This document shows positions 30,553 through 40,096 of a stretch of DNA of 64,000 nucleotides, one piece after another; the stretch's first letter is position 1; each line of letters begins with the position of its first letter. The notes below the pieces were generated by a model. It was not told the origin of the DNA. It did no database searches and saw only the letters and a program-made list of their open reading frames with translations. Made by a program: the position numbers and the translations under genes. The DNA comes from an uncultured virus (IMG/VR IMGVR_UViG_3300037991_004722). Lineage: Duplodnaviria; Heunggongvirae; Uroviricota; Caudoviricetes. Location: positions 1 through 64,000 of IMG/VR virus record IMGVR_UViG_3300037991_004722. One strand, written 5' to 3'.

Positions 30553-32178
30553 ATGCCAAGCTTCAATTCAAAGTTTTCAGGTGGTGGCGGAGCTTTAAGA
30601 GCCACAACGATTACCGCCGATGACCTTGAGGTCGATAGCGGAACGCTGTCTATTGACGAAACCAACAACCGCGTCGGCGTCGGCCTTACTACCCCTAAGA
30701 CTGCACTCACGGTAGAAGGCCCAGTTACGCTCAAGGAACAAGCCAACGCTGATGGTGACACTGCAGCATATGGCCAGTTGTGGGTGAAGAACGCAACACC
30801 TAACCAACTTTACTTCACCACAGATGCTGGTGACGACGTTCAGATTACGTCTGGAACCGGTCTTGTTGGCAGTGGCTCTGCTGCCGATGACATTACCGCT
30901 GGTGATGCTGCGGTAAACCTGACGACGACCTCAGGGAACATCACGATTGATGCTCAAGAGGGTGACGCTGACATCATTTTCAAAGGTACAGACAGCGCCA
31001 GTGACATTACCGCACTGACTCTTGACATGTCAGAAGCTGGTGCAGCATTGTTCAACGCTGCCGTTACTGTGGGTACAGACCTTACTGTTACAGGTGGCGA
31101 CGTATCTTACGGAAACGGACAAAACGCAACCCTCTCTGTAGCTGATACAAGCTCTGGTACAGATGGTCGTGACCTCACAATCTCTGCTGGCTCTGCTCCT
31201 ACAGGCAGTGCCAACCAAAATGGCGGAGACTTAATCCTTAAATCAGGTGGTGGCGACGGAACCGGAACGTCTATGATTGCGTTCCACACGAAGGTTAATG
31301 GTACAGATGCTGCTGCTGAGCGTATGCGTATTCATACAGACGGCAATGTGGGTATTGGAACCAGCGCCCCAAGCGAGATTCTTCAAGTAGCGTCGGCTGC
31401 TCCAATTGTCGTAGTCCAAAACACAACGGATGAGCACACCGACGGCGGTGCTGAGTCTAAAGTTCTTTTTGGTGACCACGCCGGAAACGCTTTGAGCATA
31501 ATTGAGGGCGCTCACATTGGCTCCTCGGATGACGCAAAGGGTCAGTTCAAGGTCTCGACCAATAATGGGTCTGGCGCTCAACTGGCAATGAGTATTGACG
31601 ACAGTCAAAACACAGTGCTTTCTGGCGATCTGTCAATCAGTGGCGGAGACACTACCCTGGGCACCGCTGGGAACACAACAGCTACAACGATTTCTACAAT
31701 CACCAACACTGGAACGACTGTAGGAAAATCCCTGACTATTGCAGCAGGCTCTACCACTACGGGAGCGAACAACCTGAATGGTGGTGACCTAATTCTGAAA
31801 TCTGGTGACGGGGATGGTAACGGTACTTCAGGAATCCAATTCCATACCAAGATTAGTGGTGTAGATGCTGCTGCAGAACGCATGCGGATCAACACAAACG
31901 GTAATGTCGTAATCAATGGATCAACGGCTCACGCTGCATCGCTCGCTCTCGATGGAGCAACTGCTGCTGTGGCGCTGAAGGAAATGGCTAACGCGCCAGC
32001 CGACACGGCAGCGTTTGGACAGCTTTGGGTAAAGACTGCAACACCCAACCAATTGTATTTTACGACGGATGCAGGTGACGACATTCAGCTTACATCAGGA
32101 ACATCCACTGCAGGCGGCGGTGGGTCTGTTACAGCAAATGATGCCAGTTTGATTCTGGCTACACGAGTATTTTCATAG
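30553..32178 (+). CDS. tail fibre protein with internal repeats
   Basis: ERMRIHTDGNVGIGT fibre motif; duplicated modules. Confidence 0.8.
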   Translation: MPSFNSKFSGGGGALRATTITADDLEVDSGTLSIDETNNRVGVGLTTPKTALTVEGPVTLKEQANADGDTAAYGQLWVKNATPNQLYFTTDAGDDVQITSGTGLVGSGSAADDITAGDAAVNLTTTSGNITIDAQEGDADIIFKGTDSASDITALTLDMSEAGAALFNAAVTVGTDLTVTGGDVSYGNGQNATLSVADTSSGTDGRDLTISAGSAPTGSANQNGGDLILKSGGGDGTGTSMIAFHTKVNGTDAAAERMRIHTDGNVGIGTSAPSEILQVASAAPIVVVQNTTDEHTDGGAESKVLFGDHAGNALSIIEGAHIGSSDDAKGQFKVSTNNGSGAQLAMSIDDSQNTVLSGDLSISGGDTTLGTAGNTTATTISTITNTGTTVGKSLTIAAGSTTTGANNLNGGDLILKSGDGDGNGTSGIQFHTKISGVDAAAERMRINTNGNVVINGSTAHAASLALDGATAAVALKEMANAPADTAAFGQLWVKTATPNQLYFTTDAGDDIQLTSGTSTAGGGGSVTANDASLILATRVFS

Positions 32179-32187
32179 GGATATAGA

Positions 32188-32574
32188 ATGGCTACTTTTT
32201 CTCGCGCTTGCTTGTCTCCAGGCGGAACTGAAGGTGATGGTATTGGTATTGTTGTCAACGGTACAACAGAAACCGACATCCACGAATGCAACACCACAAC
32301 GACTACGATCTACCACGAGGTTCATTTGTGGGCGACAAACATTGGGACGAGTGCCCATACGTTGAAGCTTCTCGTGGGTGGTGCTGACGGTGCTGCTGCT
32401 GCAGTTGCTCAACAGAAAAACTATATCATTCAGCCAGACGAGACTCTCTACGTATCTCCCGGCTTTACGCTTCGTGGTGCTTCAACCAATGTTGAGATTC
32501 AGGCTGTGTTGGCATCAAACGACAATAACGAAGTTATTATTCACGGCTACGTAAACGTCATTGACCAGAGTTAA
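32188..32574 (+). CDS. small fibre-associated protein
   Basis: EVHLWATN...VIIHGYVNVI; position. Confidence 0.55.
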   Translation: MATFSRACLSPGGTEGDGIGIVVNGTTETDIHECNTTTTTIYHEVHLWATNIGTSAHTLKLLVGGADGAAAAVAQQKNYIIQPDETLYVSPGFTLRGASTNVEIQAVLASNDNNEVIIHGYVNVIDQS

Positions 32575-32576
32575 AA

Positions 32577-33452
32577 ATGGGTAGTCGGAGTTTAGTACCA
32601 GGAAACTTTAGTCACACCAGTGTCGGCAGATCAAAACATGCCCGCACTGGATGGCAGCGTTTCCGAATGCTTGACTCTGATTGCACTATTGAAGACCCCC
32701 AGTCAGTAGCGGGCACGGTAACCGAGAACGCAACTACAACATCATTTACGTTTGCATCGCACACTGCGACGGCAGATAAGTCTCCGATTATGGGGTACGT
32801 ATCTGTAAAACCTTTAAGGGATTCAGAAGGTCGTATTCTGACATTCAGTGATTGTTTTTCTCTCAGGCTTCGTATTGAGCTAATCAGCATCAGCGGAGAT
32901 CATACTTCGACTACATCCGGCACTACAAAAAGCAAACCTCAGGTGTTGTTTGGGGTTTGTGCAAATGCTTCGGACATTGATGCTGATGACAATAAACATT
33001 TGTCTTTTGGATGGCGATGCAAAGCCGACAGTAATCAAAGTGAAACCATCGACAAGACTCCAGTGCTTCTAAAATGCAGTCTCCAAACTGACGGAACAGG
33101 TCAGGTTGTTTCGAATGTTACTAGCGGGATTAGTGACGGGACAAAGATCCTTGAATCGGAGATTTCAATTGGGCCAGATCTGGACGCAGCAAGCAACAGC
33201 AGCATGGTTAACCAGGTATACGGAGATTCTAGCGAAGATTTTGACAAGGCCAGTGGTGGAGCCCTTGCTCTTCAAGATACGGCGCTAAATGTAAACCAAG
33301 GTAACTGGGGAACAGGGCCGGTTCATCTGTTTTTTGCCGTTGGAGATTGCAACGCAACAAGCGGCGCGTCTACAGTATGCACTTTTGTTTTTCGGGCTTC
33401 GTATATGGTTGAGGCATCAACATTTGAAAACGGTGGGTTTGGTACAAGTTAA
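32577..33452 (+). CDS. putative receptor-binding protein, paralog A
   Basis: shares PGNFSH..VGR and E.IS.SGD motifs with the next gene. Confidence 0.5.
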   Translation: MGSRSLVPGNFSHTSVGRSKHARTGWQRFRMLDSDCTIEDPQSVAGTVTENATTTSFTFASHTATADKSPIMGYVSVKPLRDSEGRILTFSDCFSLRLRIELISISGDHTSTTSGTTKSKPQVLFGVCANASDIDADDNKHLSFGWRCKADSNQSETIDKTPVLLKCSLQTDGTGQVVSNVTSGISDGTKILESEISIGPDLDAASNSSMVNQVYGDSSEDFDKASGGALALQDTALNVNQGNWGTGPVHLFFAVGDCNATSGASTVCTFVFRASYMVEASTFENGGFGTS

Positions 33453-34318
33453 TGAGTAGACGTCCAGGAAATTTTTCGCATCAGTTTGTGGGTCGGAGAA
33501 AAAAAGTTGTTTCTGGCTGGCGTGATTTTGATCCGTTTCACCCGCACGCGACAAACAATGGTTTTCCAAACAGTCAATTGGCTTCACTTACTGTCAATTC
33601 ATCTAGACAACTGGTGGCAACGTTTAACGATGCAATCGCAACGGCTGGTAGCACCTTGGCGGGCAGTGACGTATACGCCATACCACTAACGAACAAAGAC
33701 GGAACCCGAGTAACGTTTGCGGATTCGTTTACACTCAAAACCCAAGTTGAGATCATTAGTGCATCGGGTGACATTAAAAACGAAACTAACTATGCACAGC
33801 CGTTTGTGGCCCTGGGTATTGGTCAGCACGCCGACGCAGACAACAGCACAAACCACTATGCGTCCTATGGAATCTGGCTTTGGGATCGGGACGGCAGCAA
33901 CAACATAAAGATGGCAGGCTGTGGGTTCCGCACAAAAGACGTAGACGACCACAGCACAGTACAAGAGTTCGACACCGGAGGGATCATTGACTTCAAAGGC
34001 AACCCACCGACTGGTCAGGTCATTACCGATTACTATCTTGGTCCGGGTCTGGGGTCTGCATTTACCGATACAAACGTGGTGAACTTGGCTAACTGGATCG
34101 GCGAAAACCAAACCGATAGCTATACGAAACGGTCGGTGCCTGGTTTTGACCTATCAAACGCTAACGGCCAATTCGACGTTGATACACAGGTATACCTGTA
34201 CGCTGTCTTCGGTGTTAAGGCGGCGATCGATGGTTCAGAGGATCAAGCTTCAGTAACGTGTCGTTTGCGGTACATGGTAAACTCTAATGACGGCAAAGAT
34301 GGGACGGCAACAGCATGA
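33452..34318 (+). CDS. putative receptor-binding protein, paralog B
   Basis: paralog of 32577-33452; TAATG overlap. Confidence 0.5.
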   Translation: MSRRPGNFSHQFVGRRKKVVSGWRDFDPFHPHATNNGFPNSQLASLTVNSSRQLVATFNDAIATAGSTLAGSDVYAIPLTNKDGTRVTFADSFTLKTQVEIISASGDIKNETNYAQPFVALGIGQHADADNSTNHYASYGIWLWDRDGSNNIKMAGCGFRTKDVDDHSTVQEFDTGGIIDFKGNPPTGQVITDYYLGPGLGSAFTDTNVVNLANWIGENQTDSYTKRSVPGFDLSNANGQFDVDTQVYLYAVFGVKAAIDGSEDQASVTCRLRYMVNSNDGKDGTATA

Positions 34319-34518
34319 CACAAGATGATTGCAATAATTCTATGTCCAATGTTTCATTGAACTCGCAAACTACTCAAATCGTATCTGATTCAAGTAACCA
34401 AAGTTACGATCAAATATACCTAAAAGGTGAAATTGAGCAGACCATTTGGGATGCTGCCCTGGCATCTGCTGATGACGCCCTTGTGCTAGTACAATGGTTA
34501 GAATCTAAGAGAGGTTGA
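34315..34518 (+). CDS. hypothetical protein
   Basis: 67 aa, ATGA overlap. Confidence 0.5.
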   Translation: MTQDDCNNSMSNVSLNSQTTQIVSDSSNQSYDQIYLKGEIEQTIWDAALASADDALVLVQWLESKRG

Positions 34519-34519
34519 C

Positions 34520-34711
34520 ATGCAAGCTTTTATCGACAAACTTTTTTGTTCTCAAAAACGAGTATCTTGGCGGCGACTGGCCGTGCTCATTCTCGGAACC
34601 GGACTGTTGGCAACTGGTCTGCTTGAGTCTGAGCAGTGGCTGTATCTAGCCTTGGCTTACATCGCTGGCGACTCGGCTGAAAAGGCTATGGCAGCAATCT
34701 CAAAGAAGTAG
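34520..34711 (+). CDS. holin-like small membrane protein
   Basis: 63 aa; SWRRLAVL, two hydrophobic segments, basic C-terminus. Confidence 0.55.
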   Translation: MQAFIDKLFCSQKRVSWRRLAVLILGTGLLATGLLESEQWLYLALAYIAGDSAEKAMAAISKK

Positions 34712-34714
34712 TAA

Positions 34715-35089
34715 ATGGCATTTGTTACGACAAAATTTGACGGTGCGGTATCACATAAAATATCGTACCATTCAAATATGACCAACACCGTCACCAAAAA
34801 TATAACTGGTGGCGCTGGATTATTGCATTCTGTAAAGATTGCAAATACAAATGATGCTGCCGTTTATATAAAGATTGCGAACGCTCATACTGCTACATCT
34901 GGAAGCACTGCTCCTGATTGGATCTTTTCTTGCCCAGCTTCAAGTACGTACTTTTTTGAAATCCCTGGTGGCGTTGCATTCGATGCTCTTTCTTGTTGGG
35001 CTACGGAAAATGCAACACCTGCTGACAACACAGCACCCAGCGCGTCAGGTAACGAGGCCGTTGCTGTAACCATCGTGACGAGTTTTTAA
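34715..35089 (+). CDS. small beta-sandwich virion protein, paralog 1
   Basis: GAGLLHSVKIAN...AVYIKI...IPGGVAF. Confidence 0.55.
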   Translation: MAFVTTKFDGAVSHKISYHSNMTNTVTKNITGGAGLLHSVKIANTNDAAVYIKIANAHTATSGSTAPDWIFSCPASSTYFFEIPGGVAFDALSCWATENATPADNTAPSASGNEAVAVTIVTSF

Positions 35090-35482
35090 ATGGGCGTGAC
35101 ACTAACAACCGTTTTGGGTGATTTGGCTGGAAAGTGCATAGTTGACACTGATTCCGACACTACCGCTGAATCTCATGTGACTGCTGCTTCCGGCTCCGTC
35201 TACATGGTTGAAATCGACGCGACTGCCGGTGTAGCAACAACTTCTGAGCCAGCTTGCTATGTTAAGATGATTAACAATAGCGGAACTACAACCGGTGGTG
35301 GTGGTTCATCATCTGTTCCAGAGTTGGTTTTTTACGCTCCGATTGGGCAAAAAACTACCTACATTATTTCTGGTGGATGGGCGTTTGACGCTGGTCTTGG
35401 TGTTTGGGCTGTTACTACTGCTGCTTTATCTGGCGATACCTCTCCAACATCTGATGTTAAAGTAACTATTCTTTCTTCATAG
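35090..35482 (+). CDS. small beta-sandwich virion protein, paralog 2
   Basis: SGSVYMVEID...YVKM...ISGGWAF. Confidence 0.55.
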   Translation: MGVTLTTVLGDLAGKCIVDTDSDTTAESHVTAASGSVYMVEIDATAGVATTSEPACYVKMINNSGTTTGGGGSSSVPELVFYAPIGQKTTYIISGGWAFDAGLGVWAVTTAALSGDTSPTSDVKVTILSS

Positions 35483-35490
35483 GAAATAAA

Positions 35491-35751
35491 ATGTACGACG
35501 AATATATCGCTAAAGCACAATCAAAAATTAATTCGAAGTTTGGAAACAAACAAGAGGCTTGCGCACTTCTTTTGAAGGCAATTGCTTTGCTTAAGGAAGA
35601 GCTTGCAGAGCTTAAATCTGCTCCCAAGCCTGCCGCCAAGAAGCCTGCCGCCAAGAAGCCTGCTGCCAAGAAGCCTGCTGCCAAGAAGCCTGCTGCCAAA
35701 AAAGCTCCAGCTAAAAAGACTGCAGCAAAGAAGTCAGCACCAAAAAAATGA
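35491..35751 (+). CDS. histone H1-like basic protein
   Basis: five tandem PAAKK units encoded by 15-bp repeats. Confidence 0.75.
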   Translation: MYDEYIAKAQSKINSKFGNKQEACALLLKAIALLKEELAELKSAPKPAAKKPAAKKPAAKKPAAKKPAAKKAPAKKTAAKKSAPKK

Positions 35752-35851
35752 TTTACTATCATCATAGTCGGTCATCACTTGTTGGGCTGTGTTGATATTT
35801 CTTGGTAGTAATTAGTGTGGTGGCCGACTTTGCAAACTTTACGGTATTGGA

Positions 35852-36250
35852 ATGCTTAAAATGGAACCAGTTACATGGACTACAATAGCCGTTCTTGCGT
35901 CCTTGGGTGTTGGATTTGGGGCTGGCTGGGGTCTGAAGCCTGATGCGGGCGTAAAAGCGATTGAGGCCCAAACAGAAGCTATTGAGACGTTGAATAGCGG
36001 TAACCAAGCGCTCGTCGATAAAGTGCAAGAGGTTGCCGTGGAAGAAGCTAAGCGTGAAACATTTATTGCTGACAAGCTTACAGACATGCCGCCTCCCTGT
36101 ATTAAAGAAGTCGGCGGAGATCCTATGTCATTGCAATGTATGTGGGCTCTATGCATTAGAACGGGTGAAACAGACAAGCAACGATGTGAGCCATCCAAGT
36201 TGACCGATAAGCTGTTGGGTGCTTATAGTTGCCCGGAAACTTCAGAATAG
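35852..36250 (+). CDS. membrane-anchored coiled-coil protein (spanin-like?)
   Basis: N-terminal TM, coiled coil, Cys-rich C-terminus, lysis region. Confidence 0.4.
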   Translation: MLKMEPVTWTTIAVLASLGVGFGAGWGLKPDAGVKAIEAQTEAIETLNSGNQALVDKVQEVAVEEAKRETFIADKLTDMPPPCIKEVGGDPMSLQCMWALCIRTGETDKQRCEPSKLTDKLLGAYSCPETSE

Positions 36251-36263
36251 GTGGGGGTGTGTC

Positions 36264-36554
36264 ATGGAAGCTAAGGATCTTGTTGTTCCTGGTCTGACAA
36301 TCATTTTTGCTGCTGGGGCAGCCTTTGCTTCTTTTGAGTCTGCGGCACAAGATGTAGAGGATGTTGAAAAACGTGTGACTGTTCTCGAATCGAATGTCAG
36401 CAAACAAGAGGTTGTTGATGTCAAGATCGAGGGTATTGAACAACGTCTGGACAAGATGGAAGATATTGTTCAAAAGATGCTGGATATTCAGCAGAAGCAA
36501 GCGGTTAACGTCGCTCAAATCTGCCAAGCCACCAACGCCAACTGTAGTAACTAA
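36264..36554 (+). CDS. TM plus coiled-coil protein
   Basis: MEAKDLVVPGLTIIFAAG then heptad repeats. Confidence 0.55.
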   Translation: MEAKDLVVPGLTIIFAAGAAFASFESAAQDVEDVEKRVTVLESNVSKQEVVDVKIEGIEQRLDKMEDIVQKMLDIQQKQAVNVAQICQATNANCSN

Positions 36555-36555
36555 A

Positions 36556-37131
36556 ATGCGTCCGTTGATTCTCGATTACGTTGCGTCTCTTGGGTACACT
36601 GTGTTTGAGTCAGGTGAGTACAACCTGAACATCATTGGAATCCGAAGCAGGGACCACAAGGCTAACAGCTTCGACGATCGCATCTGTGTTGTCTTTAAGG
36701 ACGAGCAGGGCTGGGTCACACGTACTTGGGAATGCACGACAGAGCCGGGTAAATACTGGCTTGAACACCCCACGAACGTCAACGGCACTGCTATTCTGGT
36801 ACCTGGTCAGTATAGATCTGTTTGGAAGATCGACAAGCACCAAGGGAAGTACGATGCCCTCTGCCAGAGAAACGGCACAGTCAAGACTTACAGAGATAGC
36901 AATAAAGACGATGTTGTTGACCTTGATGTACAGTCTATTACTGAAGGCTATTACGGAATCAATATCCACAAGGCTGGATCCGCGTCAACGCAAGTAGACA
37001 GGTGGTCTGCTGGGTGCCAAGTGTTTAGCAAAAGTGCTGACTTCGAAGAGTTCATGAGCATCTGTTACGCGGCCCGAGAAAAATGGGGCAATAGTTTTAG
37101 TTATACGCTGATTGACGAACCGGAGTTTTAA
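36556..37131 (+). CDS. putative endolysin with L,D-transpeptidase-like His/Cys motif
   Basis: YGINIHKAG...RWSAGCQV; flanked by holin-like genes. Confidence 0.6.
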   Translation: MRPLILDYVASLGYTVFESGEYNLNIIGIRSRDHKANSFDDRICVVFKDEQGWVTRTWECTTEPGKYWLEHPTNVNGTAILVPGQYRSVWKIDKHQGKYDALCQRNGTVKTYRDSNKDDVVDLDVQSITEGYYGINIHKAGSASTQVDRWSAGCQVFSKSADFEEFMSICYAAREKWGNSFSYTLIDEPEF

Positions 37132-37440
37132 ATGGAGGCGTTGGTCGATTCGCTATTGGCCGACGGTCACCTTGGGGTTTTTGCGGCTTTTCTTGTCTTT
37201 CAGTTTATTGCAATGCAAAAGCGCCTGGACAAGCTTGTTGCTGGCTTTCAAGAACAGCTTGAGACAATGCGCAAAGAGTACACTGAGCGATCAGAAAAAA
37301 TGCGTGAGCGATACGACAGGGTAATTCAAGAGTATCGAAATCGTGAAGATGACCAATCGAAAGACTTCTTGATTACCCGCACAAAAGTACACAATGACAT
37401 CGTATCTAAACTCGATCGTATTTTAGATCGAGATAAGTAG
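37132..37440 (+). CDS. holin-like TM plus coiled-coil protein
   Basis: GHLGVFAAFLVFQF TM segment next to the lysin. Confidence 0.5.
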   Translation: MEALVDSLLADGHLGVFAAFLVFQFIAMQKRLDKLVAGFQEQLETMRKEYTERSEKMRERYDRVIQEYRNREDDQSKDFLITRTKVHNDIVSKLDRILDRDK

Positions 37441-37446
37441 GTTCGT

Positions 37447-38085
37447 ATGGAATGTGTTGTTAAAGAAGGATCTGATTGTAAGCTATCGTTGGGTTCATCT
37501 ATAAGAATATATGACGAAAAGCCTGCTGAAAAGGAGACCAAGACCGTGTCACAAGAAACCAAAGTAGAAGATGCAGCCCCTGCGCCGGAGCCAGCGCCCG
37601 CACCTGCACCAGCGCCTGAACCCGCGCCTGCACCTGTTGAGACTGTTGCTGCACCGGCTGTGCCAGATCTTGTAGAATCAGTTGGTGTATCTCAGGACAT
37701 CACAGCAGCAGCAGATGCAGCCAAGTCACTGGGTGGTGACTACGCGCCAATGGTTGCCATTGCGTTGGCAGGAATGGCTATTGCAGGCGGATCAAAAGCC
37801 TGGAGCTACTACCGTGATCGCGCTGAGCAAAAGCATGAACAAGAAATGCAGAAGCTCAAGATGGAAGCTCAATCACAAGGAATGGACGGGCAACAGCCTC
37901 CACCTTGTCAGGCCGCAAACACAAAGATGCAGGCCGAAGTAGATGCATTGAAGTCTAAGCTCAGTGCAGTTGAAAAGAAAACATCTATGATCTCTGCTGA
38001 CTTTGACGGCGAAGACGTAGAGCGCCAAATCAAGCGTATGAAGAAGCGCATCGATGAGTTGTTTGAGATTACTGATCAAAAATGA
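37447..38085 (+). CDS. membrane protein with Pro-Ala linker and coiled coil (alternative GTG start 37546)
   Basis: APAPEP repeats and one TM segment. Confidence 0.55.
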   Translation: MECVVKEGSDCKLSLGSSIRIYDEKPAEKETKTVSQETKVEDAAPAPEPAPAPAPAPEPAPAPVETVAAPAVPDLVESVGVSQDITAAADAAKSLGGDYAPMVAIALAGMAIAGGSKAWSYYRDRAEQKHEQEMQKLKMEAQSQGMDGQQPPPCQAANTKMQAEVDALKSKLSAVEKKTSMISADFDGEDVERQIKRMKKRIDELFEITDQK

Positions 38086-38456
38086 TTGAACTTGCTCTAA
38101 TTTTTTTCGGGACGTTTGTCGTTCTTCCTGCAGGATTGAGTTTTGCGGTAGACGGTGATGGTCGTGATCGAAAAAAGAAAGCAGCGCCTGTCGTGGAAGA
38201 GCCAGTAATTGAAGAGCCCCTGCCTGAGCCTGAACCGATCCTTGTGGCAAGACTAAAATCGACAAAAAAGACTGTTGTGACCGTCGTTCCAGAATGCTCT
38301 GATGAGGAATCCGAAACAAGGTTGCGCGCTGCCAGTCTTGACTACTTGGAAAAAGTTACCGGACTACCTGACGAGACTGTATTTGAAGTGCAGGATTGTG
38401 GCGACGAAGGTATGGTAGACATTCAAATCGTCGAAACGATAGAAAAAATAAACTGA
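38082..38456 (+). CDS. hypothetical protein with N-terminal TM/signal
   Basis: ATGA overlap; hydrophobic N-terminus. Confidence 0.5.
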   Translation: MIELALIFFGTFVVLPAGLSFAVDGDGRDRKKKAAPVVEEPVIEEPLPEPEPILVARLKSTKKTVVTVVPECSDEESETRLRAASLDYLEKVTGLPDETVFEVQDCGDEGMVDIQIVETIEKIN

Positions 38457-38528
38457 CCCCCCGCACCCGGTAGGAATCGCCCATGCTCACGCCCCGAGAT
38501 GGGACAGACGATGTGGGTGACGGGGGGC
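38457..38528. terminator. long imperfect hairpin between convergent genes
   Basis: CCCCCCGCACCC...GGGTGACGGGGGG with inner CCCAT/ATGGG pairing. Confidence 0.5.
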
Positions 38529-38538
38529 CAGGGGGAGT

Positions 38539-39138
38539 CTAAGCTTTCTTGGCTGCTACAGGTGTAGGCGCAATAGCGTCATTAAGCATGTCCAGAACCT
38601 TCATGAGGCCTTCTGGTGGTCCGTCATCACGCGCAACCACCTTCACATCGTACTTGGCGCTGTTGTCGCTGCTACGGCTATTCTCGCTGTGGTTAGCCAC
38701 AGAGCCGTGTACGGTGACCTCGCAAGAGAACAGGCCAGCGTTGTACTTGGCCTTGGCAGTAAGATCGGCCTTGCTATCTGACGTAGTCTTACTCGATGTG
38801 GAGGACTTGACCTCCATGGTGAAGCGCACTTCGGCTTCTTTGACCGAGAGTGCCGGTGTGTTGATGATGGCGAGTAGCGGAACCTGGAGGTCCACTTTTT
38901 CCATCGTCGTGTTCCCGGCAGCGTCTTGTACAGGTTTGTTGAATCCAAAGTCAACGGTACGGGCAGACAGGTTGCCTTTGCCATCGTCGTTCAGACCAAC
39001 GTCTTTGATGAAGTCGCTGGACGCCTTCGCAAGCAGTGTCTGAGCGTTACAAGCAGCCTTGAGTGGACCACCAATGAGTTGTTCCATTGGAAGGCCACCA
39101 AACTGTGATGACATTTGTACGAGGCCGGAATCTGCCAT
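38539..39138 (-). CDS. DUF2589-family protein 1
   Basis: FGGLPMEQLIGGPLKAACNAQ, VPLLAIINTPALSVKE..VRFTMEV, SDNSAKY, PPEGL. Confidence 0.85.
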   Translation of the reverse strand: MADSGLVQMSSQFGGLPMEQLIGGPLKAACNAQTLLAKASSDFIKDVGLNDDGKGNLSARTVDFGFNKPVQDAAGNTTMEKVDLQVPLLAIINTPALSVKEAEVRFTMEVKSSTSSKTTSDSKADLTAKAKYNAGLFSCEVTVHGSVANHSENSRSSDNSAKYDVKVVARDDGPPEGLMKVLDMLNDAIAPTPVAAKKA

Positions 39139-39147
39139 GATGCTCTC

Positions 39148-39642
39148 CTATGGAAGCAGTTTGATTAGCTGGTCGTCGATTCTTGCATAACCTTCTGGAG
39201 GCTCACTGCCTTTGAAGATCAGCTTGAGTTTAGCAGCATTGTTCTCTTTTTTGAACCACGATGGCGTATTGGCGCATGGCCGAACCATCAGCTTGCCTTT
39301 CTTCTTGTCCGACGTAAGCCCAGAAATCTCAACAGACATCTCCACTTCAAGCGTATCAACACGCAAGCTTTGCCCCGTTGTGAGCGACTGGATCGGGACC
39401 GGAACTCTTTTTTGTACCAGTACTCCATCTTCCCATGTTGGGAGTTCCATGACGACCATGCGAGGTACATAAATGGGCCTTCCGTCGTCATCTGTAATGG
39501 GGTCACCTTTTTCATCTGTCTTCAACTCCCAGAACTCTTCATTGGTGATGGAATCAAGTTCGTGACGTTCTGCAATATCAGTCGCAGCTATAACCGCTGA
39601 TTGTATGGAATGTACTATGTCATCTAATGAATGATCAGGCAT
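39148..39642 (-). CDS. DUF2589-family protein 2
   Basis: LDDIVHSIQSAVIAA, VPIQSL..LRVDTLEVEM, FKGSEPPEGYARI. Confidence 0.8.
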   Translation of the reverse strand: MPDHSLDDIVHSIQSAVIAATDIAERHELDSITNEEFWELKTDEKGDPITDDDGRPIYVPRMVVMELPTWEDGVLVQKRVPVPIQSLTTGQSLRVDTLEVEMSVEISGLTSDKKKGKLMVRPCANTPSWFKKENNAAKLKLIFKGSEPPEGYARIDDQLIKLLP

Positions 39643-39676
39643 GCTATCTCCAAGTTATTATTTATCAGGTGGTTCG

Positions 39677-40096
39677 ATGCGTCAGTTCCTAAAAGCGTAC
39701 AAGGACATCCTGGTTTACCATGACTACGGTCCACTTCTTTTGTTTTGGAACATAGCGGACTTGGCCAACAATCGCGTGCTTTGGATGAGCTACGGTGAGG
39801 CCATAGATAACGGGATGGAGTGGGCCTACTTTCAGTACTCTTTGTACTTTGTAGTTGCGCTGGGAATGTTGTTTAGTCTTCCAAATATTCGTTCATGCTC
39901 ACGCTTTGTTGGTGTCTATCTTCTTCTCTACATTTTTTCTACCACCCGTTTCTTGGTGAACGTGTTCAATGACCCCGAGTTTGCCGCTGGTGATGTTGGA
40001 CGCAGCCTTGTTGTGACGGGCGTCTACTTTACCTTGTGGGTTTGGATATACGTTAAAATGCGTATGGAAGTAATGCACAAGGATCTCCGTGGATAA
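39677..40096 (+). CDS. multi-pass membrane protein
   Basis: about four hydrophobic segments; probable start MRQFLK. Confidence 0.6.
   Translation: MRQFLKAYKDILVYHDYGPLLLFWNIADLANNRVLWMSYGEAIDNGMEWAYFQYSLYFVVALGMLFSLPNIRSCSRFVGVYLLLYIFSTTRFLVNVFNDPEFAAGDVGRSLVVTGVYFTLWVWIYVKMRMEVMHKDLRG

Noticed and set aside
30553..34318. Diversity-generating retroelement
   Set aside because: No reverse transcriptase, and the repeats do not show adenine-specific differences
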